A DNA stretch of 64,000 nucleotides from Oscillospiraceae bacterium (GTDB lineage: Bacteria > Bacteroidota > Bacteroidia > Bacteroidales > WCHB1-69), in NCBI GenBank assembly GCA_963603365.1, contig CAVCMI010000003.1, positions 64,402-128,401 on the forward strand, read 5' to 3'. This document shows positions 56,789-64,000 of this stretch, piece by piece (the first letter of the stretch is position 1; the number at the start of each line of letters is the position of its first letter). The notes under the pieces were generated by a model. The model ran no database searches, was not told where the DNA came from, and saw only the letters and a list, made by a program, of their open reading frames with translations. A program made the translations under genes and the position numbers.

Positions 56789-59485
56789 TTAGTTTCTTCC
56801 TTCCAGATAGTTTTTCTTGAAGAAGTCGTTGTACATGTTCCGTTCCTCTGTCTTGTTGTAGAACGTGGTGTAGTTCGTGGCGGAGATGGCGAAAGGCTCG
56901 ATGTTGCCGTTTGCGATGTCGGCGGAGAAGCTCTCGTTTTTGACAAGGATGTCATAGTAGTCCATTGCCGTTTCGCTGTTGGCGAATTTAGACACGGTCA
57001 CCATCTGCTGGGTGTTGTTGATGTAGAAACTGGTGATGTTGAAGCGCTGGAGGCTGAAGAACGATTTGTTGAATGCGTTCAGGTTCTGCTTGACGGTCTG
57101 TATGGACAGATTGGATGTCTTCACCAGCAGGATCAGGTAGTGCGGCTTGTCTTTCTCGAGAACGAATGAGTGAGTTGCGGTTTTCTGTGAGGCGGCGGTG
57201 CCCGGCGCATCAGCATTGACTGCCGCATTTCCCGCTTTCTCGGCAACAGGCGCGGCGGCCGGCCCGGGCGACAGTGCTGAGAGGTGTATCCGGGCTAATG
57301 TGGCCACGTCTTCGTTCGGGAAATCATTTACGATACGGTTCAGACGGCATACAAGGGTGTCCTCATTGTAAACTTGTCCGGCAGCCACGGCGCAGAGATA
57401 ACTGTATTTGGCCTTGAGGGTGGTGTCGGAACAAAGCGGGATGACCGGTTCCGACTTGCGGACCACATCTGCCCAACGCTTCAGGATGAAGTCGTCATAG
57501 ACTTCGGCGTAACGGTTCTCGAATTCCATTTCGCGGGCCTTCAGCTTTTCATAGTATTTCGGGTCGTTGATGAGTTTTGCATAGTCCGTGTCCGGGTATT
57601 TGGTCAGTATCAGCTGTTTGTAGGTCTCTGCTTTCGTTTTTTTCAGTTCCGTGTAGAGCACATAGAGCAAATAGGCGCAAGGCTGCGTGTATTCGCCGTC
57701 GGGGAATCTCTTGTAGAGAGACTCAAAAGACTCGCAGGCCTTGGGGAGGTTCTCGAGCAAGTCGCGGTAGATGTAGCCGACTTCAAAAAGATATTTGGAA
57801 ATCAGTGCGTTGGATGAGTCTAAGGCTTGCTGTGTCAGAGGCAGGTCCTGCAGGTAATAAGCCTCCTTTTTAGGGTCTGTCTCCCGTTTGGGGATAGGGT
57901 TGCCGTCTTCGTCGTATTCGAGGGTGTCGGCGGCGGCATCGGGGTTGTTGAGCAGGTCGAGGTCTTCAAAGGCCAGCATTTCCTTGTTGCTGACAAACCA
58001 GTTGTCTTCGAGTTTCCGGTTGCCCCAACGGCGGTAGAAGTCCTGCTGTCCGGCGGTCACCAGCGATTGGTTGTAGAAGTACCATTTTCCGTTGGAGGAG
58101 GTTGTGTTGATGTTGGTATATGACGCTGCGTTCTGCAGGGCGAGCATGCGTTCGGCCTCCTCGGCGGCGGCTTTGCGTTCGGCCTCCGTATAGTCGGCAA
58201 TCATTTTCTGCACCCAGGTGCGGCGTTGCGCCTCGGGCATCTTCGCGATGCGCTGCAGGCTGTCCTGAAGGTCTATCTCGTCCAGCTTCAGCACCAGGTC
58301 TTTCAGTACGGTTGCTTTCTTTTTCACCCCGTCGTAGTCAGGGTAGTTCTTGGGGATGCTCAAGGTGGCGGTGTCATAGTAGTCCTGCGCCTTGCGGTAT
58401 TCGTCCTCCTCAAAGTAGAGGTCGGCCAGCGTGATGCTGGAAAAGGTGCGCTGATAGGCGTTGTTGGTATAGGCGGCCACCGACTTGGCCAGATAATCCT
58501 TGCGCAGGCTGTCGTCCTCGTCAATGCGGGCTATTTCGGAGCAGGCATAGAAGATCTGGTCCTTGAAGTCCTCGTTCTTGCTCTCTTCGAGCATCTTGCC
58601 GAAACGTTTCATGATGGCATTGCGCGACTCTTCCGTGCCGTCGTAGTTTCTGGCGATGTGCATTTGCGCGCAGAACACCATCTCGTATGTCGAAGAGCTC
58701 TTGATGACCTTGTTGAAGCAGTTCTGCGCTTCTGCCTGCTGTCCGAGTTCTTCGTACAGTTCGCCTACTATGAGGTTGAGGCGGGCTTTGAACTCCCTGT
58801 CGGGGCATGCGGCGATGGCATTGTTAAGATAGTCGATGGCTTCTTGCCTGTCGCCGTCAGGTGCGGTGAGGTGGTACTCGGCCTTGGCTGCGTTGAAGAG
58901 GAGCTTGAAACGCTTGTTTTTCTTGTTGGTGGACAGGTAATGCAGGTTCTCGAGCTGCTCGTCTGCACTGGCAAAGTAGCCCTGGCGCATGGAGGTGCGG
59001 GCCTGCAGGATGGCGGCGTCATTGTAGGTGTTGGACTTGGGATAGTTGTGCAGGATGTAGGACGACACGCGTTGAGCCTGTACATAGTCCTGCTTGTGAA
59101 AATAGGCCTGCCCCATCAGAAGGTAGGCGTCGTCGATGGTCTTGACGTATTCTTTCCCGCGTATCAGCATGGAGTGCTTGTATATGGACTTGGAAGCCTT
59201 TTCGATGGTGCGGTCAAGATGCGCGAGAGCGGGGGCAAGGTCCGACTTCGAGGGATAGTTATAGACAGGGAGCGTGGCGGTATAGTTGTCTTTCGACAGT
59301 TTTGACAGTTCCTCTTCAGCCTGCTTCATCGACTGCTTGCCGTTCCACAAGACATTATAACGGCAGGTGATATTGTGGTAGGCGCGGTTAGGGAAGGTGT
59401 TCTTTGATGTGGAACACCCGGTAATCCCTGCGGCCAGCACGGCAAGGAGGAGACAGAGCGTGACGGTTTTGCTTTTCAGTTTCAA
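56789..59485 (-). CDS. porW: T9SS periplasmic TPR lipoprotein PorW/SprE
   Basis: Lipobox GITGCST, followed by KNTFPNRAYHNITCRYNVLWNG, the conserved SprE/PorW N-terminal block. TPR-like helices throughout. 898 aa. Confidence 0.8.
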   Translation of the reverse strand: MKLKSKTVTLCLLLAVLAAGITGCSTSKNTFPNRAYHNITCRYNVLWNGKQSMKQAEEELSKLSKDNYTATLPVYNYPSKSDLAPALAHLDRTIEKASKSIYKHSMLIRGKEYVKTIDDAYLLMGQAYFHKQDYVQAQRVSSYILHNYPKSNTYNDAAILQARTSMRQGYFASADEQLENLHYLSTNKKNKRFKLLFNAAKAEYHLTAPDGDRQEAIDYLNNAIAACPDREFKARLNLIVGELYEELGQQAEAQNCFNKVIKSSSTYEMVFCAQMHIARNYDGTEESRNAIMKRFGKMLEESKNEDFKDQIFYACSEIARIDEDDSLRKDYLAKSVAAYTNNAYQRTFSSITLADLYFEEDEYRKAQDYYDTATLSIPKNYPDYDGVKKKATVLKDLVLKLDEIDLQDSLQRIAKMPEAQRRTWVQKMIADYTEAERKAAAEEAERMLALQNAASYTNINTTSSNGKWYFYNQSLVTAGQQDFYRRWGNRKLEDNWFVSNKEMLAFEDLDLLNNPDAAADTLEYDEDGNPIPKRETDPKKEAYYLQDLPLTQQALDSSNALISKYLFEVGYIYRDLLENLPKACESFESLYKRFPDGEYTQPCAYLLYVLYTELKKTKAETYKQLILTKYPDTDYAKLINDPKYYEKLKAREMEFENRYAEVYDDFILKRWADVVRKSEPVIPLCSDTTLKAKYSYLCAVAAGQVYNEDTLVCRLNRIVNDFPNEDVATLARIHLSALSPGPAAAPVAEKAGNAAVNADAPGTAASQKTATHSFVLEKDKPHYLILLVKTSNLSIQTVKQNLNAFNKSFFSLQRFNITSFYINNTQQMVTVSKFANSETAMDYYDILVKNESFSADIANGNIEPFAISATNYTTFYNKTEERNMYNDFFKKNYLEGRN

Positions 59486-59500
59486 AATGCTATTCTATGT

Positions 59501-59508
59501 TCAAAAAT
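59501..59508 (-). promoter_or_regulatory. -7 box TATTTTTG for porW
   Basis: The plus strand reads caaaaata, 16 nt upstream of ATG 59485. Confidence 0.4.
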
Positions 59509-59539
59509 AATGTCTGCACTTAACGGATTGTCAGCCCTT

Positions 59540-60151
59540 TTATTTTTGCCGGTCTGAAAAATATTCGTCCAAAAGACGCTGTACGTATTTCCCGAAGACG
59601 TCGAACTCGATGTTGACGACGGTGCCGGGCTTGATGTTGTGGAAGTTTGTGGCCGTGAAAGTGTAAGGGATGATGGCCACAGAGAAGCGTCCCTTTTCCG
59701 AATCTACAACTGTAAGGCTGACCCCGTTGACGGAGATGGAACCTTTGGGGACGGTAAAGCTGTTCTTTTGGGGGTCGTAAGTGAAATAGAAGCGCCAGCT
59801 GCCGTCTTCATCCACCACTTTCTCGCAAGTCGCGGTCTGGTCAACATGGCCTTGTACGATGTGCCCGTCGAACCTGCCGTCCATACGCATGCTGCGCTCC
59901 AGATTCACTTCGTAGCCTACCTGCCATTGCCCCAAGTTGGTCTTCAGCATTGTCTCTTCCATGGCGGTGACCACATACTGCCGTTTTCCCCGGTCAACTT
60001 TCACAACGGTGAGGCAGCAGCCGTCGTGGGCCATGCTTTGGTCGACGGAGAGCTGGTCTGCAAAGTCCACTTCAAGGGTGAAGTCGTAGTTTGTCCTGTC
60101 TTTTCTTATCTCAATGATTCTTCCAGTCTTTTCTATGATTCCGGTAAACAT
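59540..60151 (-). CDS. ribE: riboflavin synthase
   Basis: MFTGIIE start and internal duplication (..GDSIAVNGVCLTV-type blocks: MAHDGCCLTVV / SISVNGVSLTVV). 203 aa. Confidence 0.93.
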   Translation of the reverse strand: MFTGIIEKTGRIIEIRKDRTNYDFTLEVDFADQLSVDQSMAHDGCCLTVVKVDRGKRQYVVTAMEETMLKTNLGQWQVGYEVNLERSMRMDGRFDGHIVQGHVDQTATCEKVVDEDGSWRFYFTYDPQKNSFTVPKGSISVNGVSLTVVDSEKGRFSVAIIPYTFTATNFHNIKPGTVVNIEFDVFGKYVQRLLDEYFSDRQK

Positions 60152-60231
60152 GTTCGGGATTGTTTTTTTATTGTTAAGTGTGTGGGTTGATTGTCGGAAA
60201 AAGGTTCCGGGATGTGGTTCCCCAAGGACGG

Positions 60232-60720
60232 CTATTGCCGGTCGTATTTCACCACTTCGGTGGAGAAGAAGTCAATCTGCACGCCGGCTTGTGCGAACAT
60301 TTCCTCGGATTCGGCTCCGGCGTGGTACTTGTTTGCGCACACCACCCGGGTGATGCCGCAGTTGATGATCAGCATTGCGCACACGCGGCAGGGGGTCATG
60401 CGGCAGTAGAGCGTGGCTCCGTTGAGGGAGATGCCCAGTTTGGCGGCCTGGCAGATGGCATTCTGCTCGGCATGCACGGATCGCACGCAGTGCTGCGTCA
60501 CACTGCCGTCTTCGTGGACAGTACGCTTGAACTGGTGTCCTGCTTCGTCGCAGTGGGGCAGCCCCTTTGGCGATCCGACATACCCGGTCACCAGTATCTG
60601 CCTGTCGCGGACCACTACGCACCCGCTTCGCCCGCGGTCGCAGGTGGCCCGCTTGCTGACGGTGTCGGCTATCTCCATAAAATATTCATCCCAAGAAGGA
60701 CGCTTGTGTTTCTCTTCCAT
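60232..60720 (-). CDS. deoxycytidylate (dCMP) deaminase
   Basis: Zinc motifs HAEQNAI and PCRVCAMLI. N-terminal PSWDEYFMEIA, typical of ComEB/dCMP deaminases. Confidence 0.9.
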   Translation of the reverse strand: MEEKHKRPSWDEYFMEIADTVSKRATCDRGRSGCVVVRDRQILVTGYVGSPKGLPHCDEAGHQFKRTVHEDGSVTQHCVRSVHAEQNAICQAAKLGISLNGATLYCRMTPCRVCAMLIINCGITRVVCANKYHAGAESEEMFAQAGVQIDFFSTEVVKYDRQ

Positions 60721-60739
60721 TCTGCTTTTTTTTGAGTGG

Positions 60740-60747
60740 CAAAAGTA
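60740..60747 (-). promoter_or_regulatory. -7 box TACTTTTG for the dCMP deaminase gene
   Basis: The plus strand reads caaaagta, 20 nt upstream of ATG 60720. Confidence 0.45.
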
Positions 60748-60760
60748 GTCTTTTTTTTTC

Positions 60761-60768
60761 TATTTTTG
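60761..60768 (+). promoter_or_regulatory. -7 box TATTTTTG for rarA
   Basis: 37 nt upstream of ATG 60805. Preceded by a T9 run. Confidence 0.45.
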
Positions 60769-60804
60769 CATTCCCTATTTTAGATATTCTAATTAGACAG
60801 CGTT

Positions 60805-63084
60805 TTGCAGAAACCTTTGGCAGAAATATTGCGTCCTCACTCTCTCGACACGTATGTCGGGCAGGAACACTTGATGGGGAAAGGCGCAGTGTTGCGCAAC
60901 GCAATTGAGAACGGCAGCGTGCAGTCCATGATCTTCTGGGGCCCTCCGGGCGTGGGGAAAACCACACTTGCCCTGCTGATAGCCGAACTGACCGCGGCCG
61001 ACTTCTATATGCTGAGCGCCATCAGCAGCGGAGTGAAAGACATCCGAGAGGTGATAGAGAAAGCACGCAAGTCGGAACGGCAGTCGCTGTTGTTCATCGA
61101 TGAGATCCACCGTTTCTCAAAGGCACAGCAAGACTCGTTGCTGGGGGCGGTGGAACAGGGGGTGGTCACCCTTGTCGGCGCCACTACGGAGAATCCCTCC
61201 TTTGAGGTGATCTCCCCGCTGCTTTCGCGTTGCCAGGTGTATGTGCTCAAGAGCCTTTCGCGCCGGCAACTCGAGCAGATCCTGGCTACGGCCGTGGCAT
61301 ACCTTGAGGAACATCTGCACTGCATAATAAAACTCGATGATACCGAGGCCTTGCTGCGCATCTCCGGCGGCGACGCCCGCAAATTGCTGAATGCTGTTGA
61401 ACTGGTCACGGCCATGACCCCGCCTCAAAACGGCGTCATCACCGTCACGCACGAACGGGTGGTGCATGTCATCCAACAGAACATCGCCGTCTATGACAAA
61501 AAAGGGGAAGCACATTACGACATCATCTCCGCTTTCATCAAGTCGATACGGGGCAGCGACCCCAATGCGGCCGTCTATTGGATGGCGCGGATGCTGATTG
61601 CCGGCGAAGACCCCCTGTTTATCGCACGGCGTATGGTCATCCTTGCCTCCGAGGACATCGGGAACGCCAATCCCAACGCGCTGCTCCTGGCCAACAACTG
61701 TTTTCAGGCCGTCCACGAAACCGGCATGCCCGAAGCCCGTATCCCGTTGGCACAGACGGCCATCTATCTCGCTTCGTCACCTAAAAGCAATGCCGCTATT
61801 ATGGCCATCGACGCCGCCTACGCTCTGGTGAAGCAGAACGGCGACTTGCCCGTGCCGCTCCATATCCGCAATGCTCCCACTAAACTGATGAAGGAACTGG
61901 GCTACCATAAAGACTATCGCTACGCCCACGACTATGAGAACCATTTTGTGGAGCAGGAGTTTATGCCCGACGGACTTCATGGCGCCAAGGTGTATGAACC
62001 TCAAGACAACCCCCGCGAGAATGAGCTGCGGCGCTATTTGCGCGGCTGCTGGAAAGACAAATACAAGTATGTGTTGCTGCTGTTGCTGGCAATGTCTTTT
62101 TTTTTTAACCCCTTAAAAGCCCAGAACCACCATTTTTCACAGTTCAACGCCGCCCCCGTGAGTCTGAACCCTGCCTTGACGGGCGCGTTTGAGGGCATTT
62201 GCCGCCTCGCCTTGAACCAGCGCACCCAGTGGCTGTCGGTGACGGCGCCGCACCTGACCTTCGCCGGCAGCATTGACGGTGCCTTGTACAAAAGTTCCCG
62301 CCGACAGGAACTGCTGGCCGTGGGCGGCTCGTTCATTTCGTTCAAGGCCGGCGATGTGGGCTATACCTCCTTAAGCGCCAAGGCAACGCTGTCGTACGTT
62401 AAAAGCATCGGCAGGAAAAGCCGCCACAAGGTAGGTCTCGGCGGCTACGCCGGCTTCTTCAACAATTTCATCGACTTTTCTGCAGCCCGCTGGGACAGCC
62501 AGTACCTGCAACATCACTACAGCGCCGCTAATCCCTCGGGCGAGTCTTTCGGGACTGACAAACAGTATTATCTTGACCTGGGCATCGGCCTGTTCTGGAG
62601 TTTTACCCCAAACAAGAACAATACGTTCAGGTTAGGCGCGGCAGCAGAACATGTGAATTGTCCGCATGAGGCTTTCGGAACTACCGCGCAAGCCCTGCCG
62701 GTGCGCTATACCGCCCACTTTCTGTCCCGCATAGGGCTGACTCGTGAACTGGCACTCGAACCGATGGCCTACGCCTCGTGGCAACGCTCTTTCCAAGAGT
62801 ACATTTTCGGGGCCAATGTCGAGTTTTTCAAGCGCAAGAACAACTATACAACCCTTTTTTCCTTAGGTGGCGGTCTCCTTTACCGGTGTAATGATGCCTT
62901 GATTGCCAATGTCTTTTTCAATTGCTATAACGTGCACGTCGGGGTCAGCTACGATGTCAATGTCTCCGCATTCCGCAAAGCCACCCGCCTTCGTGGCGGA
63001 CTTGAACTGTCGTTGATGTACATTTTGAGGAAGAACGCCGGAAACCGCCTCAACAAAGAATTGTGCCCCTACGAACTGATGTGA
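60805..63084 (+). CDS. rarA: replication-associated recombination protein A (RarA/MgsA, codons 1-422) continuing without a stop into a PorP/SprF-family T9SS outer-membrane barrel (codons ~423-759)
   Basis: RarA part: Walker A GPPGVGKTT, Walker B LLFIDEIHRF, MgsA C-terminal blocks, ending ..NELRRYLRGCWKDKYKY (62070). Second part: VLLLLLAMSFFFNPLKAQ + NHHFSQFNAAPVSLNPALTG.. and a beta-barrel pattern to 63084. See findings. Confidence 0.8.
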   Translation: MQKPLAEILRPHSLDTYVGQEHLMGKGAVLRNAIENGSVQSMIFWGPPGVGKTTLALLIAELTAADFYMLSAISSGVKDIREVIEKARKSERQSLLFIDEIHRFSKAQQDSLLGAVEQGVVTLVGATTENPSFEVISPLLSRCQVYVLKSLSRRQLEQILATAVAYLEEHLHCIIKLDDTEALLRISGGDARKLLNAVELVTAMTPPQNGVITVTHERVVHVIQQNIAVYDKKGEAHYDIISAFIKSIRGSDPNAAVYWMARMLIAGEDPLFIARRMVILASEDIGNANPNALLLANNCFQAVHETGMPEARIPLAQTAIYLASSPKSNAAIMAIDAAYALVKQNGDLPVPLHIRNAPTKLMKELGYHKDYRYAHDYENHFVEQEFMPDGLHGAKVYEPQDNPRENELRRYLRGCWKDKYKYVLLLLLAMSFFFNPLKAQNHHFSQFNAAPVSLNPALTGAFEGICRLALNQRTQWLSVTAPHLTFAGSIDGALYKSSRRQELLAVGGSFISFKAGDVGYTSLSAKATLSYVKSIGRKSRHKVGLGGYAGFFNNFIDFSAARWDSQYLQHHYSAANPSGESFGTDKQYYLDLGIGLFWSFTPNKNNTFRLGAAAEHVNCPHEAFGTTAQALPVRYTAHFLSRIGLTRELALEPMAYASWQRSFQEYIFGANVEFFKRKNNYTTLFSLGGGLLYRCNDALIANVFFNCYNVHVGVSYDVNVSAFRKATRLRGGLELSLMYILRKNAGNRLNKELCPYELM
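62097..62106 (+). repeat. T10 homopolymer inside the signal-peptide-coding junction of the rarA/porP-like ORF
   Basis: Counted directly: c62096 followed by ten T, then aac. Encodes FFF in the current frame. Confidence 0.9.
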
Positions 63085-63086
63085 CA

Positions 63087-64000
63087 ATGTACAAGTCGTT
63101 TGTTTTTATGATAGGGTTGCTTTTCACGGCGGCGGCAGCGCTTCCGCAGACAGTCCGCATGACCGATTCGCAGCGGCTTGAGCAGGCCGACTTTATCAGG
63201 AACGACACCTTGCCAGTCAATGTCGTGCCCCTGCCCGGAGCCGTCAATACGCGCTTTTCGGAATATGGCGGACAGTTGCTCCCCGATTCCACATTTCTGT
63301 TCACTTCGATGCGGTCAGACAGAGCAGCCGACAATGAGTTTTTTTTTGAAACCAACTGGTATTGCTCGATTTATGAATCAAGGCTGCTCGCCGGAGGCTT
63401 ATACGCTCCTGCCGTCTCTTTAGGCAGCCGCGTCAACGACCGTAAGTTTTTTAACGGCAGTTTCTGCTACGAGGAGCACAGCAACAAACTGATATTCTCG
63501 CGGTGCTCCCGGTCCGGCGACGGCGAACTGAAATGCTCGCTGTGGGAAACCGGGCGCATACAGAAACGCGGGCAGGCGCATTGGGACAAGCCTGTGCGCC
63601 TGCCCCAAACAGTGAACCTGCCCGGCTATTCTGCGATGCACCCGTGGCTGGTCTATGTCTCGCCTCAGGAGCAGGTGCTCTATTTTGTCTCTGACCGTCC
63701 CGGCGGACAAGGCGGATTGGACATTTGGTATACGGTTTGCAACAAAGGTCGCTATGGAGAGCCCGTCAATCTCGGCATTGCCGTCAATACGGAGGGCAAC
63801 GAGGTGACCCCGTTCTACGACACGACAAGAGAGACGCTCTTTTTCAGCTCTGACGAGCATCTTGGCATCGGAGGGTATGACATCTTCTGGTGTCCCGGGG
63901 CATTGAGCCAGTGGGGAGAGGTGTCCAACATGGGCGTACCGTTCAATTCGGATTACAACGACTGTTACTTTTCCCTGAACCCTGACGGTGAAAGCGGCTA
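63087..64000 (+). CDS. PD40 (TolB-like beta-propeller) repeat envelope protein, 3'-truncated by the window edge
   Basis: Not in the ORF track because no stop is reached. ATG 63087 lies 2 nt after the preceding stop. Signal peptide MYKSFVFMIGLLFTAAAA. Repeats LYFVSDRPGGQGGLDIWY and LFFSSDEHLGIGGYDIFW resemble those of the 32443-34491 protein. Confidence 0.65.
   Translation, partial: MYKSFVFMIGLLFTAAAALPQTVRMTDSQRLEQADFIRNDTLPVNVVPLPGAVNTRFSEYGGQLLPDSTFLFTSMRSDRAADNEFFFETNWYCSIYESRLLAGGLYAPAVSLGSRVNDRKFFNGSFCYEEHSNKLIFSRCSRSGDGELKCSLWETGRIQKRGQAHWDKPVRLPQTVNLPGYSAMHPWLVYVSPQEQVLYFVSDRPGGQGGLDIWYTVCNKGRYGEPVNLGIAVNTEGNEVTPFYDTTRETLFFSSDEHLGIGGYDIFWCPGALSQWGEVSNMGVPFNSDYNDCYFSLNPDGESG

Noticed and set aside
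60152-60231. FMN riboswitch upstream of ribE.
   Set aside because: The intergenic space is only 80 nt and lacks the conserved FMN-element (Rfam RF00050) core sequences. ribE is also not usually the regulated first gene.
1-64000. Search for CRISPR arrays, tRNA/rRNA genes, IS elements, integrases, prophage or conjugative genes, invertible-promoter inverted repeats, and toxin-antitoxin or restriction-modification modules.
   Set aside because: I found no direct-repeat/spacer periodicity and no cloverleaf-like segments in the intergenic regions. No DDE, tyrosine- or serine-recombinase motifs were found among the ORFs. Intergenic inverted repeats are either terminator hairpins or are 8 bp or shorter. 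The window appears to be stable core chromosome.

Overview
This 64-kb chromosomal segment reads as Bacteroidota, most likely order Bacteroidales. The evidence is roughly 50% GC by eye, TAnnTTTG (-7) promoter boxes 15-40 nt upstream of many start codons, many lipoprotein signal peptides, type IX secretion (T9SS) genes (PorW/SprE, PorP/SprF), and phylum-typical families (DUF5606, DUF2851, DUF349, DUF4199-like). I count about 56 densely packed protein genes on both strands and one RNA gene, RNase P RNA at 28951-29287. The content is mostly core housekeeping:
- Translation and replication: glnS, tyrS, dnaN, rarA, nth.
- Cell wall: murB, murC.
- Energy: atpH-atpA-atpG, a four-subunit 2-oxoacid:ferredoxin oxidoreductase, fprA.
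- Metabolism: hutU, tpiA, pyrE, ribE, dCMP deaminase, methylmalonyl-CoA epimerase, rfbB, psd.
- Envelope: a 2015-aa alpha-2-macroglobulin lipoprotein, TPR/PD40/OmpA proteins, NfeD-FloA, glycosyltransferases.

I found no tRNA, rRNA, CRISPR array, integrase, transposase, prophage or recognisable defence or toxin-antitoxin module. I cannot point to a clear self-contained novel system. The most unusual things visible are:
1. A complete RarA and a PorP/SprF-type outer-membrane barrel lie in one uninterrupted reading frame, with a T10 tract at the junction.
2. A KamE-like B12/PLP aminomutase beta subunit has no alpha subunit next to it.
3. F-ATPase genes are scattered: atpHAG sits behind pyrE with its own promoter, and an AtpZ-like gene sits 29 kb away in a PorW-bactofilin operon.
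4. An orphan ketosynthase plus ketosynthase-like pair has a ~160-nt leader.
5. A helix-hairpin-helix module is fused to a large predicted outer-membrane barrel.
6. A secreted MORN-repeat protein has a LytTR-like C-terminal module.

All functional calls come from motif and sequence recognition by eye. No searches were run.
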